Below, piece after piece: positions 31,692 to 41,505 of a stretch of 43,607 bases of DNA; positions within the stretch are counted from its first letter, which is position 1; the number at the start of each line of letters is the position of its first letter. The position numbers and the translations under genes were made by a program. The stretch is from a virus. The stretch lies in IMG/VR virus record IMGVR_UViG_3300035156_000199. One strand, 5' to 3'. The notes under the pieces were generated by a model. That model did not search any database and was not told the DNA's origin. It saw only the letters and a program-made list of their open reading frames with translations.

Positions 31692-32109
31692 GGGAGTCCA
31701 GGGTCTCGACTTTGTTGATCATCGCCGCCAGTGCTCCGATGATCACTGCGAGCGCGAGGTACACGGTGGCCGTGATCCACGCTCCGATAGAAGCTTGGAT
31801 TCCGGCGTCGACGGTTCGGGTGGCGGCGGCGTAGCTGTAGACGAGTGCCCACAGGATGGACATGCCGGCAATCACGGCGAGGGCCGGCACCTGTTTGCGC
31901 TGGAACGCGCCGACCGTGACCACCACTGCGGTGAGCGCCCACAGGATGCCGTACGCGATGGTGGGGATGATGTGGTCGAGCTCGATCAGGATGTCCGGGG
32001 TGAAGGGCGGGGACGTAGGTTGCACGTAAGCAATGGAGCGTCCGGCGGCGAGGACGGCGAGCGCGAGCATCGCGACGCCGCGAGGCCCGTAGGGTTTCAT
32101 GCGGTACAC
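31684..32109 (-). CDS. 4-TM membrane protein (holin candidate), 141 aa
   Basis: GTG start 5 nt after AAGGAGG. It has four hydrophobic segments and sits immediately upstream of the lysis genes. Confidence 0.45.
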   Translation of the reverse strand: MYRMKPYGPRGVAMLALAVLAAGRSIAYVQPTSPPFTPDILIELDHIIPTIAYGILWALTAVVVTVGAFQRKQVPALAVIAGMSILWALVYSYAAATRTVDAGIQASIGAWITATVYLALAVIIGALAAMINKVETLDSHE

Positions 32110-32119
32110 GGTCGCCTCC

Positions 32120-32992
32120 TTAGTAGCCGATGAGGGTGATGTCGACGATGAACGTCTCGCCGTTCGCTGACGCGTTCGAGTCGTTCCGGTAGAGGCGCCA
32201 CCTGATGCGGCCGTTGGTCAGGTCAATCTTTCGATATTCCTTGATGGGGGAGCCGCTGTAGAACGTCTGGTCTGAGAAGAACGCTGCTGTGACGCCGTTG
32301 GGGAAGGGGGTGAAGAACGTGTCCCGCTCGGCGTTCTGGGCATTGACGGCGCCGTCAGCTCGGACTGTCCTCACCTGAAGCGGCGCGGTCTGCAGCGGGT
32401 AGCCACGGTGCGCCCAGTTTCCGTTCCCGATCGCCTCGTAGTACCAGAGGGACCCGCTCGACTTCACCGGGTGGCCAGGAAACTCCAGGTACTTCAGGCC
32501 GAGAGAGTCATACAGTTCCAGTCCCCCGATGAGGCGCAGGTCCGTGATCGACTGTGGTTGGGTTTGCCCGCCCAACCACTCGACCAGCCACAGCGGCTGA
32601 TCGTCGATCTCGCCCGGCTTGCTCAGACGTCCGCCGGGCAGGGCTCGTGCCGATGAACCCTGCACTCCTCTGAGGACGGTCGGGCCGCCTCCGGTTGCCG
32701 TCCAGTCGCGGCGGGCCACCACCAGGTCGAAGCGGCGTGCCCCGTTCGCTGGTGGTGTGAATGTGATCGTGACCACGGCGTCGGAGGTGTCCCACACGCC
32801 GTGACCCCAAAAACCCTTCGGGGCAGGGCTGATGTTCACCGTGTAGGGCGTCGACGCGTGCGGAGTGCACAGCAGCTCGGACGCGGATGCGACCCCGTAC
32901 AGGGACCTGCGGGACTGCGCCGCTTCGGCCCACTCGACCTCGTTGATCCCCACACCGGGGACTGTGTCGTAGAAGTGCGATTCGATGGCCAT
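32120..32992 (-). CDS. Minor tail protein, 290 aa
   Basis: The ATG overlaps the upstream stop (ATGA). The MAIESHFYDTVPG... N-terminus and its position after the Gp37-like protein support the call. Confidence 0.6.
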   Translation of the reverse strand: MAIESHFYDTVPGVGINEVEWAEAAQSRRSLYGVASASELLCTPHASTPYTVNISPAPKGFWGHGVWDTSDAVVTITFTPPANGARRFDLVVARRDWTATGGGPTVLRGVQGSSARALPGGRLSKPGEIDDQPLWLVEWLGGQTQPQSITDLRLIGGLELYDSLGLKYLEFPGHPVKSSGSLWYYEAIGNGNWAHRGYPLQTAPLQVRTVRADGAVNAQNAERDTFFTPFPNGVTAAFFSDQTFYSGSPIKEYRKIDLTNGRIRWRLYRNDSNASANGETFIVDITLIGY

Positions 32993-34200
32993 CAAGCTCT
33001 CTCTTCCTTGCGTTGGGATGCGTTCAGGGCGGCGAGGGCTTTCTGCGTTTCGGCAGCCGAGTCGACGCGCTCACCGATGACCGGCTCCGACGTGATGACG
33101 TTCGGGGCGAGCACGGTTCGGACCGCTTCGGTGACCTGCTGATTGATGACCCCGGCCGGCGTACGGATGGGCACGACGTCACCGACCAGCACGCCGTCGG
33201 ATCCGTACCGGAACGCTGTGGTCTCGGCGAGGGTGATGGACAGGCTGTCGACCTTCCCCGCCTCGAGGAGCGATTGCCGGCCGCGGGCGTCCATCGTCGC
33301 AAGGGTGTTCGCGACGTTCTCCGGCTCGGAATCGTCCTTCGCGTCGCGCGCGTCGACGAACCCCTCGCCGCAAAACCCCCACTCGGCTTCCGCCGCGGTG
33401 TCTGTAAGCCTCAGGTATCGCCGGGCCTTCGCCTCGCCGGGACCGCCCACGACGACCCGGGTCATGGTCGGTCTTCGCCGAGTGTGCGTGTAGTCCTTCA
33501 GCGTTCCTGCTTCGACACTGAGGGTGAACGGGTAGACACGGGGGACGTACACGTCGAACCGGAGAAAGCCCGGCGCGCCGTTCTCGCCATCGACCTGCTT
33601 GATGGTGAGGCCGATACCGGCGTTCGCGATGGCTGGGAACATGCGGTCCTGCAGCGGATGCATGCGCAGTGCCACACCTCCGCTCACGGTTGCCCCGCGG
33701 CCGAGGTCAGGGGCGATGCTCAGCCCGGGGATGGCGAGCCGGGTCACCCCGTTCTCGCGGACGATGTTCTTCGCCACGGTCTCCGCCTTGCCCGTATACG
33801 TCCGGTACTCGGCCGACGACTGGTCGATGAAACCACCGACACCCACCAAAGGGCCCGCCGGGGCTTGCCAGCCGAGGATCCCCGTGAGCAGCTGGTCGTC
33901 CGAGAGCACGGTCACCTCGAGCGAATCGCCGGCGCTGCTAATCGTCGCCTCGTCGACCACCCCTGAGAACAGGGCGGCCGGGTCGCCGTCGTCGAACACC
34001 ACCCGTGCGGACGGACCCCTCAGTGCGGCCACCGCGTCGGCGTGCACCATGCGGTCCGCCTGACTATCACCGCGAACGAGCGGCACGACCATTCGGGCCG
34101 TGCCGATCAGCGGAAACACCCGAGGCGTGATGGTCAGCTCGATGGGCGCCCCGAGCTGCTGCTGGAACACCCGATCCTTGTCGTACAGGGTGATCTTCAC
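32992..34200 (-). CDS. Siphovirus Gp37-like minor tail (baseplate hub/Tal-position) protein, 402 aa
   Basis: It directly follows Dit. MKITLYDKD... and its length are typical of this actinophage family. Confidence 0.6.
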   Translation of the reverse strand: MKITLYDKDRVFQQQLGAPIELTITPRVFPLIGTARMVVPLVRGDSQADRMVHADAVAALRGPSARVVFDDGDPAALFSGVVDEATISSAGDSLEVTVLSDDQLLTGILGWQAPAGPLVGVGGFIDQSSAEYRTYTGKAETVAKNIVRENGVTRLAIPGLSIAPDLGRGATVSGGVALRMHPLQDRMFPAIANAGIGLTIKQVDGENGAPGFLRFDVYVPRVYPFTLSVEAGTLKDYTHTRRRPTMTRVVVGGPGEAKARRYLRLTDTAAEAEWGFCGEGFVDARDAKDDSEPENVANTLATMDARGRQSLLEAGKVDSLSITLAETTAFRYGSDGVLVGDVVPIRTPAGVINQQVTEAVRTVLAPNVITSEPVIGERVDSAAETQKALAALNASQRKEERA

Positions 34201-34207
34201 TCGACGA

Positions 34208-35212
34208 TCACCACGCTCTCTTGTACAGAGACGGCAGGTACAGCTCGACCACGCCCGTCCCCTCGAAGTTCACGGACAGGCCGACCCGACGACCGACCGG
34301 CACCGGCGCGAAGTCCGGTGACGCGCCCAACTGCCGTGACCGGTTCAGCGGGTTGACCAGGTCCACGCCGACAACCCGCTCCGACGGCTTCCTCGGAGCG
34401 TCCGCGGCGACGTCGTACAGCACCGCGCCGATCCGTGTCGGCTCCGACTCGATCACCAGGCACTGCCCCGCGGGCACCGAGAACGGGACCGGGATGGTCC
34501 TCGAACCGACTCCGACCACCGCCCCGGGCTCGGTCTCCCCGTCGATGTACCAGCGGCCGTACGACTCGACGTCGCCCAGGTTGTCGATCGTCGCGTTGGC
34601 CGAGGTGAACCCCTGCCCGATGTTGAACAGGTGAGGCCCGCTCTCCTCGAAGAACGGCTCCGGCGGCTTCGGGGGGTCGAACGACTGCACCGACGGAGCG
34701 CCGACCCAAAACGGCTGATCCGCGGTGAGGTACAGCCCGTAGTTCGCCCAGCCCTTCAGCGACGGCACAGTGTCGAAGCCCTCGTCCGATCCCTTCTCCG
34801 GGTCGTAGCGCAACTCCAGGTGCCGCTCCGTCGTGCCGTCCGGGTGCGTGATGACCCACCGACCCGGACGCTCAGGATCAAGGCCAGCGAAGAACGCCCG
34901 ATCGCGGACCATCCACTGCGCGCCACGCGCATCGTGCCAGGTGTTGATCGGCCAAAACACCTCCCGCTCGTCCCACCTCGTCCCACGATGCTGTGAGCCG
35001 TTCATCGACGCCGGGCTGTCACGGAACCGCTGCCCGCTCGGGCGGTCGAGGCCGCGCGTGCCGGCGAGCAGCAGCACGCCGCTTCGACGGTCCGTCAGAT
35101 CCCACACCAGACCGTTCGGGTCCTCCCACCTGAGCCTCATGCCGTTGGCGGGAAGCGCCCGCGGGGGCTTCGCCGGCGCGGGTGCGTACAGAGCCAGCAT
35201 CAACTGTGGCAT
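34208..35212 (-). CDS. Distal tail protein (Dit-like), 334 aa
   Basis: This is the first gene after the tape measure. ATG has AGGAAGGA upstream. Confidence 0.65.
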   Translation of the reverse strand: MPQLMLALYAPAPAKPPRALPANGMRLRWEDPNGLVWDLTDRRSGVLLLAGTRGLDRPSGQRFRDSPASMNGSQHRGTRWDEREVFWPINTWHDARGAQWMVRDRAFFAGLDPERPGRWVITHPDGTTERHLELRYDPEKGSDEGFDTVPSLKGWANYGLYLTADQPFWVGAPSVQSFDPPKPPEPFFEESGPHLFNIGQGFTSANATIDNLGDVESYGRWYIDGETEPGAVVGVGSRTIPVPFSVPAGQCLVIESEPTRIGAVLYDVAADAPRKPSERVVGVDLVNPLNRSRQLGASPDFAPVPVGRRVGLSVNFEGTGVVELYLPSLYKRAW

Positions 35213-35224
35213 GCGGCATCCTTC

Positions 35225-38200
35225 CTATCTGCGGTTGCCGTAAGCAGCAGCCATGTCCCTCGACCGCTGCTCACCCTGACGCGCGATGTCCTGCGCGTAC
35301 CTGTGAGCCAGACCCGGCTCCGCACTGATGTGCCACTGATGAGTCGTCCCGCCGCCCCCGGCGAGCGCGACCTGGCTGATGTCGCGCCACTGCTGAGGAT
35401 TGAGGATGGCCTCGTTCTGGCCGGTGTCGTTGCGGACCCGGTGGACGCCGGGTGGGAGCCAGCCGCCGTCGTCCCGGTACAACTCGCCAGCGGTGGCAGC
35501 TCCGCCTCCGAAGAAGCCGCGGATGCTGTCGACGACGTCGCCCGCAATGTTCTTCAGCCCCTCCTTGATGTCGGTCACCCACTGCACGACCTGCCCGATG
35601 CCGTTCTTCGCGAGCCCGCCGGCAACGTCGACGAACATCCCCTGGTCCGGGAACGCCTTCTTGATCTCGCCGATCAACGAGTCGATGAGCCCGTCGAACG
35701 GATTGGCTGCTGCCACACCCTCTCCTGCCTTTCCGCTTCCGCCCGGGAAGAGTCGCTGCAGGTTTCGGATGTCGACGCCCGTAGGCGTCGCGGCCATATC
35801 GCCCAGGTTCGGCTGCATGATCGAGGACAGGCTGTTGTGCGGGAGCCCGAGCGCATGCCCGATCTCGTGTGCTGCGACCGTGAGCCGCTGCTGCGGGCCA
35901 AGGCGCGCCATCCACGACGGCGACATGTCGATGTTGTTCCCCGTCGTGTACCCGAGGATCCCGTTTCCGCGCTCGAGCGGCCGCACGCGGCCCTGCAACT
36001 GCCCGGACCCGACGGCGACCTTCACACCTGCTGCGCCGTCCCAGAGCTTCGCCGCTCCCGGGAAGTTCCAGCCACCCATACCGCCGGCGACGTCGAGGTA
36101 ATACGCACCGTGACGCCGGATGGCGGCCGCATTGCCCTCGAAGAACCCGCCGAGGTTGCCCTCCCCGGCAGAAGCTGCAGCACCGTGCATGCTGCGCCCG
36201 GCAGCGTGCGCTGCTCCTTTCGCTTCCTCGAATACCGCAGCGGACTGCTTCGCTGTGTAGACGCGGCCGGGGTTGGTGAAGTTGACCAGCTCGGGGCCTT
36301 CCTCACCCACGACCGCCCAGCCAGGAGCGGCATAGCCTCCCTTCGCGAAGAACCGGGTCGGGCCACGCTGGCCCGGAGGAACGGCCGCGGTCGCCGCCGC
36401 CTCGTTGAAGCCGGGAGGCAGAGCCAGGGGCTTGATGTCAACGCCCGGGATCTCGTTGAACGTCTTGATCAGGCCCTCGTTGATGACCTTGTCGATCACA
36501 AATCGGATCGGCGCGCGGACAGCTTCCTGGATGGCTTCCCAAGCGGTAGCGATACCGTTCTTTGCTGCCTCGAACGCTGCAGGTATTAGGCCCACCGCTG
36601 TCTTGATCGCGTCGAAGACAGGGCTGACCTTGTTGTTCCAGACGTCTGAGATCTTCGAGCTGATCACGTCCCACACAGGGCCGATCACGTCACGCAGCCA
36701 CTCGAAGACCGGACCGAGCTTCGCCCTCAGGAACCCCACGACTGCGTCGAAGATCGGCTGGATGATCAACCGCCACGCGGCGCCGATCAGCTGACCAATG
36801 ACGTCGAACACGAAGCCGACCACCGTGCTGAAGTACTGGAAGCCGGGGATCAAGACGTCCCTCACGAACCCGACGACAGCGCCGAAGATCGCGCTGACCA
36901 CCGCCCACCAAGCACCGATGTACAGCTGGATGCCGGCGAACACGGGCTTGATGATGTTCTCGTACAGCCACGAGAACGCGGCACCGAGGAAGCTGAGGAC
37001 CTGATCGAGGACCGGCTGCACGTAGGTCTGGAACCAGGACACGACCCCAGCGACGGCAGCCTGGATCCCAGCCCACGCCGCCTGCACGATAGCCCGGCCG
37101 GTCTCGGTCTGCGTGAAGAACCACACGAGACCGGCAACCAGCGCGGTGATCGCCAAAACCACCAGTGCAATCGGGTTACCCGCGAGAACGGCATTGAACG
37201 CCGCCGTCGCGGCGGTCACGATTCCCATCGCCGCCGCACCCGCAACCGCTGCGATCCTGTAGCCGACCATCGCTACCGTGTTGCCGGCAATCGCGGCCGT
37301 GCCGGCACCCGTGGCCGCGGCGAGGATGCCCTGCGCGAACGAGACGCCGGCGGTGATGGCTGCCCACGTCTTCATCACGATGACCTGTACGTTGCCTGCT
37401 GCGGTCAGGAGGGCTGACGCCGCTGCGGTGGCCGCGAACGCTCCGATGAGCAGGCCGAGGACCAGCGGGCTGCCAGCGATCGCGGACAGGAACGGAGTCA
37501 GGAACGTCAGGACCCCCGCGATGCTCTCGCCGAAGAACGTGAAGACCTCGACCAGGCTCGGCCCCAGTTGCTCCACCAGCGGACCCATCGCCGCCAGCAC
37601 GTCCCCGAACGCCGAGGTAAGTCCCGGCAGCAACGGCACGAGATCTCCGACGCCGCGCTGCACGGCCTCGAGGAACGTGACCAGCCCCGCGCCGAAGCCG
37701 GGGTCGGACAGAGCCGTGAACACGCCGCCGACGAAGGTCCCCGCGATCTCGCCGCCCAGGCGCAGGAACTCCACCAGCGCCGGCGCGCCGGTGCGGAACG
37801 CCTCACCGATCGGACCGAGCGCGTCGGACAGTCCCTTCGCGCCGGCGGCCGCGCCGGAGAAGATCGTCGCCATGGTGGTCTGGAAGGCTTCGCCCTGCAT
37901 GGCGGTTTCGATGTCGTTCAACCCGGCGGCGATGCTGCCGAGCGTCGTGTCGATGCCGCCCGCGCGGGCCGCGTCGGCGAGCGCCGTGAAGATGCCGGAC
38001 ACGGAGCCGATGATCGACGCGACGTCCTTGAAGCCCTGGATGCCGGCGTCGATCCAGCCGCGCAGCGAGCCGTCCGCCGCGGCACCCTGGATGAAGGTGT
38101 TGAACTGGTCGGCCATGTCGCGGATCGCGGTGGCGAGCTGCGGCATGTAATCCATGCCAACGACGCCGAGGGTGACGAAGGCCTGCACGATCGGGTCGAT

Positions 38201-40372
38201 CGCCCCGTTCAGGATGGAGATGGTGTCCGCGACACCGGTGAGGAGGCCCTCGAGTACTCCGCCGCCGAGCGCCGTCGTGAGTGAGGTCATGAGCTGCTGA
38301 GCGCCGCCGCCGAAAGCGCTGGCGATCGCCTCCACCCCGGTGGCCAGCTGGGGCAGGACGGTGTCCGCGAGTCCCTGCAGCGGGCCGGTGAAGCCCTCGA
38401 AGAAGCTCTCCTGCGCGATGCGCCTGATGTTGCCGAGCTGCTCGTACACGCCGAGCAGCGCGCCGACGGCGAGCTGCGCGTTCGGCGTCAGCTTTCCCAT
38501 GGCGTCGGCGGCCTTCTGGCCGGCCTTCGCCGCGGCGTCCGCCTGCTGAAGCTGCAGCCGCTCGAGGTTCCGGTACGCGTCGGCGACCGACTCCACCGAA
38601 TCGCTCTCCACCTTCGTGGCACTGGCAATGGCGTCGGACACGGCGAGCGCCGCGTCGGCCCGCGCCGCGTCTGCCTCGATCGACGCCTCGGTGACGGCGG
38701 CTCGCGCCTCGGCGATCTCCTCCAGGCCCTGGCGTTCGACCGAGACGGCGTTCTGGGTGGCTTCCTGCTGCGACCGCAGTGCACCCTCGCGGGCTTCGAC
38801 TGCGTCCGCGACGGCTCGCTCCGCGGTGATGACCTGGGCGTTGCCGTCGACGCCGGCTTTCGACGCGGCGGCCTGCTCAGCGCGCAGCTCCTCGGTGCGG
38901 GACTTCGCTTCCTCCAGACCGAAGGCGGCCTGGTCGAGGTCGAGCTTGAGCTTGCGGTACTCGAGGTTCGGGGTATCGCCTGCGGTGGCGCCCTCCTCGA
39001 ACGCGGCCTTTGCCTCCTCGAGGCGGATCGCTGCTGCACGCTCGGACAGGCCCGCACTCTCCAGGGAGCGGCTGAGGTCGCGGACGCGCTGCACTGCTTC
39101 GGCGCGCGCGTCGTTGAGGGCGTTCTGCGAGTCGGTGACCCGGCGGTTCGCCCGCTCGACGTCGAGCTCCGCCTCGGAAACCCGGCGCACCGCGGCGGCC
39201 TGCTGCTGCGCTGTCTGCTCGGCGACGTCCGCGAGGTTCCGCTTGGCGTCCTCGACCCTGCGGGACGATTCGGCCTGGACCTCGGCCTCTCGCTTCTCAG
39301 CGTCGGACACCCGGCGCGCGGCCTGTGTGCGAGCCTCTGCCGCGCCCTGCTGGGCGCGGGTGATCTGCCGCGACGCGTCGGTGAGTGCCATCGCGTCGAG
39401 AGCCGAGCTGCCCGCCATGTTCGAGGACTGCTCCGTGGCAGCCTTCAGCGCATCGCCCACCCCGAAGAGAGCAGCCTTCATCACACCGACGCCAGCGCCG
39501 ACCGTGATCAGCGCGGCCGGGGCCAGCGCGGCCACGCCGACGAGGTCCTTCATGGAGGAGGCGAGCGTGACGACACTGCCCGTCGCGCCTAGCAGGGCGG
39601 CGCCTGCAGCCCCCGCAGCGGGCGTGACGGCCGAGAGCCCGCCGACGACCCCCACGAAGGCCTGAGTGAACGCACGGCCGCCGCGAGTGCCCTCACGGCT
39701 GACGCGCTGCGCCATGTTGTGCAGGTCGAAGTCGATCTGAGCGCTGTCCTCGCGGATGCCCCGTGCGATCTCGGCCATGGGGCGGCCCCGGAAGGAGCGG
39801 TTGAGGATGTTGCCGAGCCGCCCGAAGCTGCGCTCCGTGTTGGAGGCCTCCGCGGACACGGCGCGCAGGTGCGTCTCGAGGTCCTCCGAAGCACGCGACG
39901 CGAGGTGCTGGTTCGTGCCGAGATCCTTGGTGGCCCGGGACAGGCTCTGCTCCGCCGTCTCCCGCGAGCGTGTGGACGCCGCGGCCCGCGAGCGCGCAGC
40001 GGACAGCGCTTCCTCGGCCGCGGCGATCTGGGAGGCCTTCGCGCGGGCGTTCTCACGGATCTCGGTGAGCTTCAGTTCCGCCACGCGGACGGCGCCGAGA
40101 GCGCGTTCCTCGGCGGCGAGCGCGGCCTCGGACCGGGTGCGCGACGCGGTGACTTTGTCCTGGGAGCTGGCGACAGCCTTGCCCAGGCGTGAGACCTCCG
40201 CCTCGAGCCCGGACGTCTCTGCGGCAAGACCCTGGGCCATGCTCGCGCCCATGGCCGAACCGGCCCTACGGCCGGCCTTTTCGGCAGCAGGTCCGAGGTG
40301 CTTCGAGATCGCGCGCTGCGTCCCGGTGAAGGAGGGGGTGACCAGGACCTCGGCAAGGCTCACTACAGGCAC
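35225..40372 (-). CDS. Tape measure protein (1715 aa) with an embedded metzincin-type zinc-peptidase motif
   Basis: It has a long Ala-rich coiled-coil N-terminal half and a hydrophobic Gly/Ala core. VGEEGPELV is present. HEIGHALGLPHNSLSSIMQP lies at 35810-35869. Confidence 0.92.
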   Translation of the reverse strand: MPVVSLAEVLVTPSFTGTQRAISKHLGPAAEKAGRRAGSAMGASMAQGLAAETSGLEAEVSRLGKAVASSQDKVTASRTRSEAALAAEERALGAVRVAELKLTEIRENARAKASQIAAAEEALSAARSRAAASTRSRETAEQSLSRATKDLGTNQHLASRASEDLETHLRAVSAEASNTERSFGRLGNILNRSFRGRPMAEIARGIREDSAQIDFDLHNMAQRVSREGTRGGRAFTQAFVGVVGGLSAVTPAAGAAGAALLGATGSVVTLASSMKDLVGVAALAPAALITVGAGVGVMKAALFGVGDALKAATEQSSNMAGSSALDAMALTDASRQITRAQQGAAEARTQAARRVSDAEKREAEVQAESSRRVEDAKRNLADVAEQTAQQQAAAVRRVSEAELDVERANRRVTDSQNALNDARAEAVQRVRDLSRSLESAGLSERAAAIRLEEAKAAFEEGATAGDTPNLEYRKLKLDLDQAAFGLEEAKSRTEELRAEQAAASKAGVDGNAQVITAERAVADAVEAREGALRSQQEATQNAVSVERQGLEEIAEARAAVTEASIEADAARADAALAVSDAIASATKVESDSVESVADAYRNLERLQLQQADAAAKAGQKAADAMGKLTPNAQLAVGALLGVYEQLGNIRRIAQESFFEGFTGPLQGLADTVLPQLATGVEAIASAFGGGAQQLMTSLTTALGGGVLEGLLTGVADTISILNGAIDPIVQAFVTLGVVGMDYMPQLATAIRDMADQFNTFIQGAAADGSLRGWIDAGIQGFKDVASIIGSVSGIFTALADAARAGGIDTTLGSIAAGLNDIETAMQGEAFQTTMATIFSGAAAGAKGLSDALGPIGEAFRTGAPALVEFLRLGGEIAGTFVGGVFTALSDPGFGAGLVTFLEAVQRGVGDLVPLLPGLTSAFGDVLAAMGPLVEQLGPSLVEVFTFFGESIAGVLTFLTPFLSAIAGSPLVLGLLIGAFAATAAASALLTAAGNVQVIVMKTWAAITAGVSFAQGILAAATGAGTAAIAGNTVAMVGYRIAAVAGAAAMGIVTAATAAFNAVLAGNPIALVVLAITALVAGLVWFFTQTETGRAIVQAAWAGIQAAVAGVVSWFQTYVQPVLDQVLSFLGAAFSWLYENIIKPVFAGIQLYIGAWWAVVSAIFGAVVGFVRDVLIPGFQYFSTVVGFVFDVIGQLIGAAWRLIIQPIFDAVVGFLRAKLGPVFEWLRDVIGPVWDVISSKISDVWNNKVSPVFDAIKTAVGLIPAAFEAAKNGIATAWEAIQEAVRAPIRFVIDKVINEGLIKTFNEIPGVDIKPLALPPGFNEAAATAAVPPGQRGPTRFFAKGGYAAPGWAVVGEEGPELVNFTNPGRVYTAKQSAAVFEEAKGAAHAAGRSMHGAAASAGEGNLGGFFEGNAAAIRRHGAYYLDVAGGMGGWNFPGAAKLWDGAAGVKVAVGSGQLQGRVRPLERGNGILGYTTGNNIDMSPSWMARLGPQQRLTVAAHEIGHALGLPHNSLSSIMQPNLGDMAATPTGVDIRNLQRLFPGGSGKAGEGVAAANPFDGLIDSLIGEIKKAFPDQGMFVDVAGGLAKNGIGQVVQWVTDIKEGLKNIAGDVVDSIRGFFGGGAATAGELYRDDGGWLPPGVHRVRNDTGQNEAILNPQQWRDISQVALAGGGGTTHQWHISAEPGLAHRYAQDIARQGEQRSRDMAAAYGNRR

Positions 40373-40411
40373 GAGCCACCCCCGTTCTCTCTTCAGTTGT
40401 CAGCTCCGGCG

Positions 40412-41184
40412 TCAGAGGTCCTCCGGGGAGAAGCCCAAGAGGCCTGCGATCTGCTCGATGTGCTGTCGTTCCATTGCCTCGACGGCGCGGTCGATTGCCG
40501 TGCGGGGCTGGGGGAAGAGCTTCGGTTGCTTCGGCTTGCCGTGAGCCAGGCCGACCAGCTGCTGCGAGATCGTCATCAGCAGGTTGATCTGCTCGCGCGC
40601 CATGATGGCGGGCAGTCCGTACTCGGAGACCCGGGGGGACCAGCGTTCCGTCGACGGCGGCATGGCCGCCAGCCGCGCAGCCTCATCCGGATCGTTCACT
40701 ACTGCCTCGTGTAGCCGGCACGCGGTGGGCAACATGTCGACGTACTCGAGGACGGCTACCCACCGCTTGCGCGCGATCAAGACCGCGAGGTCCACGCCGA
40801 ACTCATGGGAGAGGTCAGCGCGGACCTGCGGCCCGTATCGGTTGATCAGCGACGCGAGGCGCGCCCTTTCCCCTTGTCACCGAGCGTCGACTCGTAGTAG
40901 GCGCCGACCTTGCGGAGAACGTGGGTCTGCGTGCGGAGGGAGAGCTTCGCTTCCCTGAAGGTCTCGTAGTCCTCCGCCGACAGCCACTTCTCCAGCACCT
41001 CGCTATTGCGGCCTGCGTCCTCGATGTCGTCGAGGAAGTCCTCCGCTTCCTCCGCAGGCATCGCGCCGACGTCGGGGAAGGTGACGCGCTTGCTGTCATG
41101 CATGGCGATGACGTACGGCTCGACGATGCCGATCTCGGCTTCGAGAGCGGCAATGGACAGGTTGACATTCGGCTTATCAGCCAT
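40412..41184 (-). CDS. Tail assembly chaperone GT-type fusion, made by a -1 frameshift near 40864-40875
   Basis: The downstream frame is -1 relative to G. It is open from 40876 (...QGERARLASLINRYGPQVRADLSHEFGVDLAVLIARKRW...) to the stop at 40412, and has no independent SD/ATG. Confidence 0.6.
40846..41184 (-). CDS. Tail assembly chaperone (G-type), 112 aa
   Basis: ATG has GGAGGA upstream. It is an acidic protein lying between the major tail and tape measure genes. Confidence 0.7.
   Translation of the reverse strand: MADKPNVNLSIAALEAEIGIVEPYVIAMHDSKRVTFPDVGAMPAEEAEDFLDDIEDAGRNSEVLEKWLSAEDYETFREAKLSLRTQTHVLRKVGAYYESTLGDKGKGRASRR
40864..40875 (-). other. Candidate slippery sequence AAGGGGAAAGGG
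   Basis: This is the only homopolymer-rich stretch in the 30-nt overlap window between the -1 frame opening (40876) and the G stop (40846). Confidence 0.4.
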
Positions 41185-41229
41185 GGGAATCCTCCGGGTG
41201 TGAGGTCATGCGAGTGGGGGTGGGTGGTT

Positions 41230-41487
41230 CTAGGACGTGACCGTTCCGGCCGACCCTCCGGGCGTACCGGGCTGCTCGGCGCCGGCGAGGCGCGTCACGA
41301 GGTCCGGCTTCTTCCCGCTGACGGGCAGCTGCCGGGCCGCGAGCTCCTTCCGGAGGTCATCAACGTTGAGCTCGGCGAGCGCTTCCTCCGTCGCCGGTGC
41401 TTCGCGGAATCCCTGCGAGCGCAGGCGGACGATTTCCCTGGGGACGGCGGTGGTGATGCTGTGGCCGTCCTTGGTGAGAGTGGGCAT
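41230..41487 (-). CDS. Small protein with a SAP/Rho-N-like motif, 85 aa
   Basis: ATG has GAAGGAGA upstream. LNVDDLRKELAARQLPVSGKKPDLVTRL matches the SAP/Rho_N helix-extended-helix pattern. Confidence 0.5.
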   Translation of the reverse strand: MPTLTKDGHSITTAVPREIVRLRSQGFREAPATEEALAELNVDDLRKELAARQLPVSGKKPDLVTRLAGAEQPGTPGGSAGTVTS

Positions 41488-41505
41488 TGCTGTCTCCTTC
41501 GAGTA

